Shown one piece after another: positions 49,713-59,751 of a stretch of 64,000 nucleotides of DNA. The DNA comes from Vicinamibacterales bacterium (lineage in GTDB: Bacteria; Acidobacteriota; Vicinamibacteria; Vicinamibacterales; UBA823). A model generated the notes under the pieces. The model ran no database searches and had not been told where the DNA came from. It worked only from the letters and a program-made list of their open reading frames with translations. The first letter of the stretch is position 1. Every line of letters begins with the position of its first letter. Where the stretch lies: NCBI GenBank assembly GCA_036012125.1, contig DASCOS010000020.1:189460-253459 (forward strand). The letters run 5' to 3'. The translations under genes and the position numbers were made by a program.

Positions 49713-51640
49713 TAGTTGAGCTCACCTTGCGTTTGCTCAGGTACTGTCAAGTGGTCGGGTGGTGCGGGCTGTACTGTCTCAATTGTGGTTCCCGTCGACA
49801 CCGGCGATGCCTGTGGTAAGTCCGGCAACGGCTCACCAGTCTTCTTCGCCAGATAGGTCTGCATCACATGACGTGCAATCGGTGCCGCGAGGTAACCGTG
49901 CTCGGAGTGCTCGGCGAGCACAACACCGGCAATCTCAGGCTGCCCCTCACTCGGTGCAAAGAACGTAAACCACCCGTGATCGCGAAAATCCATATCGGAA
50001 GTTTCCTCCGCCTGTTCTCGGCCCGCCAGTGAGACCACCTGTGCCGTGCCCGTCTTACCGGCCACGTTGAAACCGTCGATTCGCGCACGTCCGCCAGTAC
50101 CTCGCGCGTTCACGACACGCCACAGCCCACGATGGAGCGTCTCGATGGTCTCAGGCTGTAACTCAACCACCTCACCCGGCCGCGGCTGCGTCGGTTTCCA
50201 TCCCTCGCCGTCATCGATCGCCTTAATTACATGAGGAGTGGGCCGAACACCACCGTTGGCAATCGTCGAGATCAGCACCGCCTGGGACAGCGGTGTGACC
50301 GATACCGCACCTTGACCAATCGACACCGAGATCGTTTCACCCGGATACCAGTCCTCACCCATGGTCTTCATTTTCCACTGCCTGGACGGCACAATGCCCG
50401 CCATTTCATACGGTAGGTCAATGCCCGTCAAATCGCCCAGCCCGAGACGACGGGCCCAAGTATTCAGGACGTCAATGTCCAGTTTGCTGCCAAGGGTGTA
50501 GAAGTAGACGTTACAGGACCGCTCGAGGGCCGCCTCCATCATGAGCCGGCCATGGCCACCACGGAGATGACAGTGATAGGAGCGATCATAAAATCTTTTA
50601 GCACCGTTACACTGTACCGAAAAATCAGACTCCACAATTCCTTCCTCGAGCGCAGCTACGGCAACCACGAGCTTGAAAATCGAGCCTGGTGCATACCGTC
50701 CCTGCAAGGTGCGGTTATGGAGGGGCTTCTGAGGGTCGTCGTTCAACCGTTGCCATGTAGCCTGGTCGATACCTAGCGAGAAATCGTTCGGGTCGTAGCT
50801 TGGCACGCTCGCCATCGCGAGTATCTCACCGGTATTTGGCTCTAGAATGACTGCGGCTCCATTGAATCCATGGGCTCTAAATGCTTCTTCCGTCGCAACC
50901 TGCAAATCGTAGTCAATCGTCAATTGAAGCCGTCGGCCTTCAACCGGGTTGACCTCCTCAATGGTATTGAGTTCGCGACCAATGCTGTTGACTACAACAC
51001 GGCGCGTACCATCAGTGCCCATCAACTCTCGGTTATAGGACTGCTCAATCCCAGTCTGGCCGACAATCGCGCCACTGGCCGTGCCGCGGAACTTATCTTC
51101 AGAGATCTGCGCTTCTGTGATTTCACCAACATAGCCAAATAGGTGCGCCGCCAGCTTGCCGGTCCGATAGTGGCGTGTTGGCACTTCTTCAACGACGATG
51201 CCAGGCAACTCGATCCGCCGGGCCAACACTGCCGCGACCTGTTCCGCCGTCGCTTCCCGGATCATCACAATCGGTCGGAATTCTGGTTCATCGTCGTGCT
51301 CTTCGATGGTCTGCCAGAGTGATGGCTCGTCCACACCGCTAATTGCACTGAGTAATTCAATCGACCGGGTGAGGTCACCGATTTGTTCCCGCACCAGCGA
51401 AATATCGAAAGAGTAACGATTCTCAACAAGGATTTGGCCGTCCCGGTCAAAGAGTAGGCCTCTCGCAGCACGAAGCGTTAACGTCCGTTGGTGATTGTTG
51501 TCTGCCAACTCGCGGAATCTGCTGCCCTGCGCAATCTGGAGAAACCAGAAACCGATCGCCAGCGTCACTAGAACGGCTACAGCTCCGCCCTGCAGGAAGG
51601 CGAGGCGCGCGTCCACACTACGACGGTCATCACTGATCAT
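49712..51640 (-). CDS. mrdA: Penicillin-binding protein 2 (elongasome transpeptidase)
   Basis: PBP dimerisation domain plus transpeptidase motifs: PGSIFK (SxxK), SCN (SxN) and AGKTGTAQV (KTG). Confidence 0.9.
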   Translation of the reverse strand: MISDDRRSVDARLAFLQGGAVAVLVTLAIGFWFLQIAQGSRFRELADNNHQRTLTLRAARGLLFDRDGQILVENRYSFDISLVREQIGDLTRSIELLSAISGVDEPSLWQTIEEHDDEPEFRPIVMIREATAEQVAAVLARRIELPGIVVEEVPTRHYRTGKLAAHLFGYVGEITEAQISEDKFRGTASGAIVGQTGIEQSYNRELMGTDGTRRVVVNSIGRELNTIEEVNPVEGRRLQLTIDYDLQVATEEAFRAHGFNGAAVILEPNTGEILAMASVPSYDPNDFSLGIDQATWQRLNDDPQKPLHNRTLQGRYAPGSIFKLVVAVAALEEGIVESDFSVQCNGAKRFYDRSYHCHLRGGHGRLMMEAALERSCNVYFYTLGSKLDIDVLNTWARRLGLGDLTGIDLPYEMAGIVPSRQWKMKTMGEDWYPGETISVSIGQGAVSVTPLSQAVLISTIANGGVRPTPHVIKAIDDGEGWKPTQPRPGEVVELQPETIETLHRGLWRVVNARGTGGRARIDGFNVAGKTGTAQVVSLAGREQAEETSDMDFRDHGWFTFFAPSEGQPEIAGVVLAEHSEHGYLAAPIARHVMQTYLAKKTGEPLPDLPQASPVSTGTTIETVQPAPPDHLTVPEQTQGELN

Positions 51641-51647
51641 AACTAGC

Positions 51648-52166
51648 TCACCACTCCAGCCGAGGCTTGACGCGGCCGCCGCTCATGCCCCGCCAGCGAA
51701 GGCGAGGCAGAGCTCGAAGGAGTTCAAACAATACCGCTCCAACTAAGCCATTTCCAAACGCCTCTCCAAACACGCCACCAACCGACGAATTTGGGATACG
51801 TAACACCAACATCGAATATAGCCCGAGAAACACCGACGCGTGTAATAGCGTCGCTCCAAAAAAAATCACAAAGCGTGGAAGCGAGCGCACGACGATGATC
51901 TGTGTTCCAATCAAGGCCACCGAAAATCCAACAATCGTTTTCGCAAGACCACTGACCCCAATGATGCCGCCTGAAAGTGCATCTTGGATAACACCACCGA
52001 CCGCACCACTGAGGAGTGCCGTCACTGGCGAAGTCGTCATGGCTAGGTAAACAATAGCGACCAACACCAGGTCGAGTTGTACCCCATCACCCACCAGATA
52101 CGGTATGAGCGTGGTCTGGAGCACGAGCGCAAAAACAACAATGAAAGCTACCTTAGACACTTTCAT
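51648..52166 (-). CDS. mreD: Rod shape-determining protein MreD
   Basis: 172 aa polytopic protein positioned between mreC and mrdA. Confidence 0.8.
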   Translation of the reverse strand: MKVSKVAFIVVFALVLQTTLIPYLVGDGVQLDLVLVAIVYLAMTTSPVTALLSGAVGGVIQDALSGGIIGVSGLAKTIVGFSVALIGTQIIVVRSLPRFVIFFGATLLHASVFLGLYSMLVLRIPNSSVGGVFGEAFGNGLVGAVLFELLRALPRLRWRGMSGGRVKPRLEW

Positions 52167-53026
52167 CGCGTTCCACCACTTGGCAGATCAATGGGTCGTC
52201 GTTCCGTAATGACCAGCACATCTTCCAAGGCACCAAAATCAACCACTGGCCGCACCCCAATGTCCTGATAGAGGCCGCTGTCCTGGTAGAGCCCGCGGCC
52301 CAGCTGGACCGACTCAACGACTCCAATAAGATACCCTTTCGGATATATCCCTTCGCTACCCGACGTCACCACCCGATCGCCCACCTGAACATCAGCCAGG
52401 TTGGAGATGTAGTCAAAACGTAGGGGTAGGTCGCCGACGTGTCCGGTCACAATACCTGCAGAACGAGAACGCTCGAGCATGGCTCCGATCGCCGCATTTC
52501 GGTCGACCAAGAGTTGCACCTTTGCATTGTTCGCACTCAGAGGACCAACTACGCGGCCAACAACGCCTGTTGGTGCCAGCACGGCAAGGTCGGTCTGCAA
52601 GCCATCCCTAGTACCGCGAGCGATCGTTACGGTACGAAACCAAGGCGTGGCATCGACCGCGACTACCTCAGCGGCCACCGTCGACCACGGCACATCTTCT
52701 CGAAAATTCAAAAGCTCTCGAAGACTCTCACTACGCTGTGCTTGTGCACGCGCGTTTTGAAGTTGGACCTGCATAGCTGCAAGCTGTCGCCTAAGTAGAG
52801 TGTTCTCGTCAGCAACGTTTTGAAGCGACGAGTAGCGCGCCCAAGTGTTCACTACTCCATCTACAAACCCAAAAGTTATGCGTTGGATCCCAGAAAAGAA
52901 CCCGAACGTAACCGATTCGAGCACTGGCACACCCGAATCGGATCGGACCTGGGCCGAAATGAGAATGATCTGAGCCGTCAGGACGGACAGCAAGATGAAA
53001 CCGGTGCGTCGGCGGATGTCAAACAC
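52163..53026 (-). CDS. mreC: Rod shape-determining protein MreC
   Basis: N-terminal TM segment, then a coiled coil (ENTLLRRQLAAMQVQLQ), then beta-domains (GDRVVTSG..GIYPKGYLIG). Confidence 0.9.
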   Translation of the reverse strand: MFDIRRRTGFILLSVLTAQIILISAQVRSDSGVPVLESVTFGFFSGIQRITFGFVDGVVNTWARYSSLQNVADENTLLRRQLAAMQVQLQNARAQAQRSESLRELLNFREDVPWSTVAAEVVAVDATPWFRTVTIARGTRDGLQTDLAVLAPTGVVGRVVGPLSANNAKVQLLVDRNAAIGAMLERSRSAGIVTGHVGDLPLRFDYISNLADVQVGDRVVTSGSEGIYPKGYLIGVVESVQLGRGLYQDSGLYQDIGVRPVVDFGALEDVLVITERRPIDLPSGGTR

Positions 53027-53058
53027 AGCCTCAGGCGAAAGCTCAGGATCGGCGCTGA

Positions 53059-54087
53059 CTAGTCGATCGAGATCTTCCGTAGCAGGTCAAAGTCATTGAG
53101 CATTTTGCCAGCACCCTGGACGACGGACCCCAACGGGTCTTCCGCCATCGAGAGCGGCAAGCCAGTCTCTTCCCTCAACCGCTTGTCCAGATTATTGAGC
53201 ATCGACCCGCCACCGGTCAGCAAGATGCCACGGTCGACAATGTCGGCCGATAGCTCCGGTGGCGTACGTTCGAGTGCGGCACGCACGGCCTCGACAATCT
53301 TATTAACTGGGTCGGCAAGCGCCTCGCGAATTTCTTCGTCGTTGATGGTGAGCGTCTTCGGAATTCCCTCAATAAGATGGCGCCCCTTGATCTCTATCGT
53401 GAGTGGGTCGTCCAGTGGAAATGCCGAACCCACAGTCATCTTGATAGCCTCAGCCGTGCGCTCGCCAATAAGCAACTTATACTTCTGTTTAATGTACTGG
53501 ATGATCGACTCATCCATCGCATTACCAGCCACCTTCACAGCTTTGCTGTAGACGATGCCGGCCATGGAAATAACCGCAATGTCAGTCGTGCCACCACCAA
53601 TATCAACGATCATATTTCCAGATGGCTCAGTGATCGGCATGCCAGCACCAATCGCTGCTGCCATCGCCTCTTCCACCAAATACACTTCACTCGCTTTCGC
53701 ACGTTTGGCACTATCCTTAACCGCCCGCTTTTCGACTTGTGTAATCTCTGACGGCACACCAATGACAATGCGTGGACGGACCCACACAGTCCGGTTGTGC
53801 GCTTTCTTAATGAAGTGGTTGAGCATCTTTTCGGTGATTTCAAAATCGGCGATAACACCGTCCTTCATCGGCTTGATCGCGACGATATTGCCAGGCGTTC
53901 GTCCGAGCATCTCCTTGGCATCCTTACCAACGGCCTCGATTCGTCCTGATGCCTTATTGATCGCTACAATCGAGGGCTCGTCCACGACAATGCCCTTCGC
54001 CCGCGCAAAGACGCACGTGTTAGCGGTGCCCAAATCAATGGCCAGGTCATTCGAGAACAGCGATAACATCGAACGGAAGTTCAGCAA
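53059..54087 (-). CDS. mreB: Rod shape-determining actin homolog MreB
   Basis: [24 protein letters not shown] aligns with E. coli [22 protein letters not shown]. TTG start 54087 is preceded by GAAGGGGG. Confidence 0.95.
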   Translation of the reverse strand: [342 protein letters not shown]

Positions 54088-55244
54088 TTAGCCCCCTTCG
54101 AAACGGTTCGTGATTGGCCATTCGAAGGCCGGTTCATACGAAGCCGTCCAGGTGGTCGCTGGCCTAGACCACTAGCCTTCCCGGCCACAAGAATACCGTT
54201 CTTACCCTGTGCCTTCGCTCCGTACATTGCACAGTCAGCAACTCGCAGCAGTTCATCAGCCGTCGAAGCCGCTTCCGGTAACGCAGCTGAGCCAATCGAT
54301 GCTGTCAACCTGACCTCGAAGCCAGCGGTAGTAAGAAATCGGTGCTTCGCTAGGTTTTCTCGAACGCGCTCAGCAACCACCCTGGCGCCCTCATTTCCGG
54401 TGTCCGGTAAGACAACAACGAATTCGTCACCGCCAAACCGAGCCACGATATCAGTCTCGCGCGTACTTCTCTGAATCACCTGTGCCGCTTCTACCAAGGC
54501 GCGACTTCCGCAAAGGTGACCGTGGCTGTCGTTAACCGTATCGAAATTGTCCAAGTCAATGAACAGTAACGACAGTGAATTACCGGTTCGTGAGGTCCGC
54601 CTGACTTCACGGTGGAGCACTGACGAGAGAAAACTTGAGTTGTAGAGCTGAGTCAGGTCATCGGTGACCAACAGCGATTCGGCCCGCTTCAGCTTAACCG
54701 CGTGATCCAACGCGACCGCAGCTGGCTCGACAAGTGCACCGAAGCCATCAAGTAGTGGTTTCCCGAGCTGCGACGAGCGATCGGTCGGCTGGCGGTCCAG
54801 ACCAACCAAAGCACCAATCGTTTGACAACTACTCACCATTGGTAACCCAAACGCCGCAACTGCTGGACCCTCAGAAATCCGTTTGTCCTTTGACAAATCA
54901 ACTGAAACAGTGTCGTGGCCGTGACGAATCACCCACTCGCCGAGTGGTAGCGCCCCACGTTGTAGTTCAGCATCAGGCCCGAGACTCGCGACCATCTTCA
55001 CGCCCAACGATTTATCGGGTACGACGACGGCCCACCACGGCACCGGCAGCAAGCGGCTCGCGTGTTCCACTAGTAACTCAGCAATTTCTTTCGGGTCGAC
55101 GGACTTGTTCAGGTCCCGATGAACTTTCGACCACACCTCGTAATTCCACAGATGTCGGCGAAAGACCGACTGGCTCTCTTTGAGCCTCGCAAAAAGGTCA
55201 AATGGTTCGGCCAAAACAAGTTGCTGCTCAATCTCAATCGGCAA
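54081..55244 (-). CDS. GAF-domain diguanylate cyclase (GGDEF)
   Basis: RFGGDEFVV active site, with an RxxD I-site (RETD) 5 residues upstream. N-terminal GAF-like domain. The stop overlaps the mreB start (TTGCTGA). Confidence 0.85.
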   Translation of the reverse strand: MPIEIEQQLVLAEPFDLFARLKESQSVFRRHLWNYEVWSKVHRDLNKSVDPKEIAELLVEHASRLLPVPWWAVVVPDKSLGVKMVASLGPDAELQRGALPLGEWVIRHGHDTVSVDLSKDKRISEGPAVAAFGLPMVSSCQTIGALVGLDRQPTDRSSQLGKPLLDGFGALVEPAAVALDHAVKLKRAESLLVTDDLTQLYNSSFLSSVLHREVRRTSRTGNSLSLLFIDLDNFDTVNDSHGHLCGSRALVEAAQVIQRSTRETDIVARFGGDEFVVVLPDTGNEGARVVAERVRENLAKHRFLTTAGFEVRLTASIGSAALPEAASTADELLRVADCAMYGAKAQGKNGILVAGKASGLGQRPPGRLRMNRPSNGQSRTVSKGANC

Positions 55245-55540
55245 GAGCGGAACCTAGAGATGCCCGGCGCTCCAAAACGATCGAAACGTCCCAACATGCG
55301 AAGTCGCGTGGTGACAACCCGACGCGATGCGCCTCCTAAGCGACCTGTCAATCTCCCTAAGTCCTTCTATCCAACATAAATATATCACATCGGCCCACGT
55401 CCACCGGATGCCGATTGCATAGTTTCCAGAAGTCCCGCCAGAAGCGTGCGCCTTATTCAAGTGCTTGCAGGGGTGAAACTTCTTGTTCTACGATGTTAGC
55501 TTGGGTCGGCCGCCTAAAGGCGGGCAGGGAGTGACAGATT

Positions 55541-57457
55541 ATGACAATGCTTGACCGGATGCGGCAACACAAGAATTGGCTGAAGTGGAGCCTCGGGGTT
55601 GTTGTACTCGCCTTCATGTTCCTATACATTCCTGACTTTCTAAATCCTACGATCGGCGTTGCCCCAAACGACGTCGTGGCGAGCATCGAGGGAAGGGAAA
55701 TCACTTCGGTAGATTTCCGCCGCCAATATTTTGAACAAGTGCAGTCGTATCAGCTCGCCTACGGCGATGAGATCAATGACCAGCTCCTCCGGCAATTGGG
55801 CTTTGACCGTCAAATCCTGCAACAAATGATCGATGAGGAAGCCGCGGTCATTGAAGCCGAGCGGCTTGATTTAAGTATTAGTGACGTCGAAGTCACCGAG
55901 AGACTTCTGAGTCTACCTGGGTTGCAGAATAACGGCACCTTCATCGGACAGGAACAATACCGCCTGCTGCTACGTTCGCAGACTCCACCGATGACAGAGG
56001 AACAGTTTGAAGAAGGCATGCGGCGAAGTCTTTTAGTCGACAAATTGCGGAGTGCCATCACCGCCTGGATCGACGTGTCGGACGACGAATTGCACGAGGA
56101 GTATCGTTTGCGGAACGAGAAAGTGAAACTTGACATCGTTACCTTCTCGCCAGACGAGTTCCGCGACAGTATTACGACAACTGCCGAAGAGTTGGCTGGA
56201 CATCTTGAGGTGAACGCCGCGACCTATCGGGTTCCTGAAAAGCGACAGATCAACTATTTGCTCATCGAAGCTGAAACACTCCGGCCCAACGTTGTCGTGC
56301 CTGACACTGACATCGCACAGTACTACACCGATAATGCGTCGCAGTACTCAACATCAGAGCAAGTACGAGCCAGCCACATCCTGTTCGAGACTGAGGGTAA
56401 AGACGAGACTGAAGTGCGAACCCAGGCAGAAGCTGTACTGGCCGACGCTAGGTCGGGAGCTGACTTTGCAACGCTGGCTGAAGAACATTCCGAGGATGCT
56501 GGATCAGCAAGCCTCGGCGGTGATTTGGACTATTTCAGCCGCGGGCGGATGGTCCCTGAATTTGAAGCAACCGCGTTTTCCATGGCACCTGGCACGATCA
56601 GCGATCTCGTCCAGACTGAATATGGGTTTCACATCATTCATGTAACTGACAAACAAGAGGCTTCTACTCGCCCACTCGACGAGGTGCGGGAACAAATTTC
56701 CGACCAGCTTCAGTTTGAACAAGCCCAGCGCCAGGCTGATCTTATGGCCGAGCAAATGGCAGGTGACCTAGCAACACAGGAGGATCTCGTGCGGGCTGCT
56801 GAAGAACACGGCTTGTCCGTGACCGAGTCGAACTACTTCGCTCGTAGTGAGGCGATAGACGGACTGGGACTCACCTCGGGTGTAGCCTCGGCCGCCTTTA
56901 CGTTCGAGCTAGGGGAGGTGGGAGGCCCACTTCGTACGCCTACGGGGCACGTCTTCTTGACCGTAACCGACGAACAGGAGTCATACGCACCGGAAATCGA
57001 CGAAGTGCGTGACCAAGTCGAGTCGGATGTCATCGATTTACGTGCACGAGAGGCTGCCGAGCGGCGCGCGGCCGAGATTACGCCACTTCTGCAAGAGGCC
57101 GAAAGCTTCATGGCGGCTGCGGAACGGGCCGACTTGGTGGTGACGACTGACGACCTCGCCGCAAGGGGTGCGGTCGTGAGCGGCTTGAGATCACGACCAG
57201 AAATCGAGGAAATTGCTTTTTCACTAGGGGTTGGCGAAACCAGCGATGTCTTGGCAACTGACGACCTGGTCGCGGTTATTCACGTAGCCGAGCGGGAAGA
57301 AGCGACTGAAGACGGGTTTGCTGAGGCAGAGGATACCCTCCGTGGCGAGTTGCTAATGGACCGGCAGGGGCGCTTCTTTAGTGCCTACATGACACAGGCT
57401 AAGGAAACCATGCAGATTGAGATCAATATGGAAACCTTGGCGATGTCCATCCTCTGA
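55541..57457 (+). CDS. Periplasmic chaperone / peptidyl-prolyl isomerase (PpiD/SurA-like, parvulin domain)
   Basis: N-terminal TM anchor, a SurA_N-like region, and a PPIC parvulin domain (VRASHILF...FSRGRMVPEFE...GFHIIHV). Confidence 0.8.
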   Translation: MTMLDRMRQHKNWLKWSLGVVVLAFMFLYIPDFLNPTIGVAPNDVVASIEGREITSVDFRRQYFEQVQSYQLAYGDEINDQLLRQLGFDRQILQQMIDEEAAVIEAERLDLSISDVEVTERLLSLPGLQNNGTFIGQEQYRLLLRSQTPPMTEEQFEEGMRRSLLVDKLRSAITAWIDVSDDELHEEYRLRNEKVKLDIVTFSPDEFRDSITTTAEELAGHLEVNAATYRVPEKRQINYLLIEAETLRPNVVVPDTDIAQYYTDNASQYSTSEQVRASHILFETEGKDETEVRTQAEAVLADARSGADFATLAEEHSEDAGSASLGGDLDYFSRGRMVPEFEATAFSMAPGTISDLVQTEYGFHIIHVTDKQEASTRPLDEVREQISDQLQFEQAQRQADLMAEQMAGDLATQEDLVRAAEEHGLSVTESNYFARSEAIDGLGLTSGVASAAFTFELGEVGGPLRTPTGHVFLTVTDEQESYAPEIDEVRDQVESDVIDLRAREAAERRAAEITPLLQEAESFMAAAERADLVVTTDDLAARGAVVSGLRSRPEIEEIAFSLGVGETSDVLATDDLVAVIHVAEREEATEDGFAEAEDTLRGELLMDRQGRFFSAYMTQAKETMQIEINMETLAMSIL

Positions 57458-57522
57458 CCTGACCGTCTTAAAGACCGATCTCCGATAAGTCCAAGCCGCT
57501 AGAACTCTCTGGTTGCTCCTCT

Positions 57523-59262
57523 TCACGGTAGGAAGAGGTATGGCATCAGCATTAGAGCCTCTCCCTGTTTGAATAGCCGAAGTGCTGCTGAGAAAGCGCT
57601 TAGCGCATGCATTTCTGCAGACGAAAACAGTGGAGCGGGGAAACTCTTGCGAACGCTAACCAGAGGCTGACGTAGTGTCTCCAACAGGCCCCGTGCTGGT
57701 GGATAGAACACCAATTCTACATCCGTCTCCGGTTCAATATCAGCGTGCTGCTTAGCGACCGCGATCGCGTGGTCCAAGCTACCCAACTCATCAACGAGGC
57801 CCATCTGCTGACCCTGACGCCCGGTCCACACTCGGCCTTGTGCGACGGCGTGAATCTCCTCCCGCGTCATAGCTCGCCCCTCGGCTGCTTTACGGACAAA
57901 CGTTTCATAAACAGCGTCGAGCTGCACCTGCACCTTCGCACGCTCAGCCGGAGAGAACGCCCTGACTGGAGAATTGATTTCAGCAAAGCGGCCCTGACTC
58001 ACCGATTCGATATTTGCGCCAAGCTTGCTAAAGACCTCACCTACAACAAACTTGCCAGCCACCACCCCGATAGAACCGGTAAGTGTTGCCGGCTGGGCAA
58101 CAATGGCTTGGGCAGGCATCGCAATGTAGTAACCACCGGACGCCGCCACATCTGACATGGATGCAATGACCGGCGTGTCAGTCCTAGTCAACACAACCTC
58201 ACGCCAGATTACATCTGAAGCAATCGCCGATCCACCTGGACTGTCAATCCGCAGAACAATGGCGCGCACTGTTGAATCATTCCGCGCCTCTCTGAGGTGC
58301 TCGATGACCGTATCAGACCCAACCACACTCCCCTCAGTCGAGTTATAACCACTCCGTCCAGTGTTGATGACACCAGCGACATTAATAACTGCAATCTTCG
58401 GTCCTGTATTCAGTCCGACTGATTGAAGACTTACGTTGGTGTAGTCTTGGCCACTAATCTTCTGTGGTTGCCCTTCGGCAGCGATTGCTAATACTTCATC
58501 TTCGTACCTCAACTCGTCGACCAACCCAGCCGTGAGCGCGTCCTCTGATAGAAATGGACCCTCGGCAATGAGTGCACGGATCTCGGAAACTGGACGGGCA
58601 CGACTCGTGGCAATATCGAGAACTAACTGATCGAACAGGTCCGCATTCAACGATTCCGACATTTCACGATGTGGCTGCGTAAAGGTCTCCTCCGTAAAGA
58701 GGTTCCCTGCTGTCTTGTAGTCCCCTGCGTGTAGAAAATCTGGATAGACACCAATCAGGTCGAATGTGCCACGAAGAAAGAGTTCGTAGCTGGCCACTCC
58801 CATCAGGTCAAGTGGGCTTGTCGGCATCAAGTAAATCTCGTCAGCTGCCGTCGCTAAGTAATATTGCTGGCCTCCGCCATACTCTAGATACGCGACGATG
58901 GATTTCCCAGACCTCTTGAAAGCCATCACCGCATCTCTGACCTCCTGAATCTTTCCCCAGAGCGCCTGTCCGCCGCTCGGGACCAAAATAACCCGAGATA
59001 CTCGATCGTCCACTGCCGCTTTGTGAAGGTTGTCAACGACTGACCGGAGTGTCGGCGGCGCCCCAAAGACCTGTCCCAAAAGGCCACCCGCATTGACTTC
59101 TGTCAGAACGGATGGCACACGCAGCACGAGGGTTGCGTTGCGCGGCACTGATGGCCCCCGCGATAACAGAAAATAGACCACCACCATGGTGAGCGATGAA
59201 ACAATCACAGCCGTCATGAACAGCGTCAGGAGGAACCTAATACCGCGTCGTACAAACATCAC
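57523..59262 (-). CDS. sppA: Signal peptide peptidase SppA, 67K type (two S49 domains)
   Basis: 579 aa with an N-terminal TM segment and a duplicated S49 fold. The catalytic-type motif AASGGYY is in the second domain. Confidence 0.9.
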   Translation of the reverse strand: MMFVRRGIRFLLTLFMTAVIVSSLTMVVVYFLLSRGPSVPRNATLVLRVPSVLTEVNAGGLLGQVFGAPPTLRSVVDNLHKAAVDDRVSRVILVPSGGQALWGKIQEVRDAVMAFKRSGKSIVAYLEYGGGQQYYLATAADEIYLMPTSPLDLMGVASYELFLRGTFDLIGVYPDFLHAGDYKTAGNLFTEETFTQPHREMSESLNADLFDQLVLDIATSRARPVSEIRALIAEGPFLSEDALTAGLVDELRYEDEVLAIAAEGQPQKISGQDYTNVSLQSVGLNTGPKIAVINVAGVINTGRSGYNSTEGSVVGSDTVIEHLREARNDSTVRAIVLRIDSPGGSAIASDVIWREVVLTRTDTPVIASMSDVAASGGYYIAMPAQAIVAQPATLTGSIGVVAGKFVVGEVFSKLGANIESVSQGRFAEINSPVRAFSPAERAKVQVQLDAVYETFVRKAAEGRAMTREEIHAVAQGRVWTGRQGQQMGLVDELGSLDHAIAVAKQHADIEPETDVELVFYPPARGLLETLRQPLVSVRKSFPAPLFSSAEMHALSAFSAALRLFKQGEALMLMPYLFLP

Positions 59263-59427
59263 CGCACCTCCTTAGTAGCCATGCACAAGACCAGCAAAGC
59301 ATCTTTCACACTCCAGCGTTGAGCTTACTCGACAAGGGGGGTCGAAGAGAGACGAGTTCGGTCGACGCCCATTCTACCTTCCAGCTATAATCGCCAATCC
59401 GGGTATGACCTGGGAACCTGTCACATC

Positions 59428-59514
59428 GCGGAAGTGGCGGAACTGGCAGACGCGCAAGCCTCAGAAGCTTGTGCTCGCAAGGGCGTGGGGGTTCAAATCC
59501 CCCCTTCCGCACCA
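59428..59514 (+). tRNA. tRNA-Leu (anticodon CAG), class II with long variable arm, encoded CCA
   Basis: Manual cloverleaf. Acceptor stem GCGGAAG/CTTCCGC. Anticodon stem CAAGC/GCTTG with loop CTCAGAA. Variable arm TGCTCGCAAGGGCGT. T-arm GGGGG-TTCAAAT-CCCCC. Discriminator A plus CCA. Confidence 0.9.
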
Positions 59515-59624
59515 CATTTTCCTAGCAATTCTAGCAGTAATGAAAAAGGGCGGCGATGACCGCCGCCCCGTGAAGCCGCCGTGTGCCAATTTTGTGTCAA
59601 TTTACGGAAAAAACTCAGCGCACT
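59455..59624. repeat. Direct repeat copy 1: tRNA-Leu 3' 60 nt, downstream terminator, and a relic of the Sel1/PQQ gene's 3' tip
   Basis: 59460..59541 is identical to 61091..61172. Similarity then continues with point differences and one indel as far as ...aaaaaactcagcgc. Confidence 0.85.
59541..59569 (-). terminator. Rho-independent terminator (minus-strand sense) downstream of the SGNH hydrolase gene
   Basis: GGGCGGCG-(5-nt loop)-CGCCGCCC, a perfect 8-bp GC stem followed on the minus strand by TTTTT. Confidence 0.55.
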
Positions 59625-59751
59625 GCGGTCATGGAAAGCGACTCAGCTACGTCATCGGTCGGCTCCGCTGACGCTTCCATGCGTTCCAACGCTGGCTACT
59701 GGTTCGACGTGAGCGGTTCTAGTGCTCCGGAGTCGGTCGAAATACAAGATG

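Noticed and set aside
59386-59391. A perfect TATAAT hexamer 37 nt upstream of tRNA-Leu, considered as its promoter -10 element.
   Set aside because: There is no convincing -35 element at 16-18 bp spacing, and the distance to the mature 5' end is uninformative. This is too weak to annotate.
59306-59515. 69-aa ORF MVRKGGFEPPRPCEHKLLRL..., and its twin at 60955..61146.
   Set aside because: Both lie antisense to the tRNA-Leu sequence and to its truncated copy. The shared N-terminus simply mirrors the T-arm and acceptor stem. This is a well-known false-ORF pattern.
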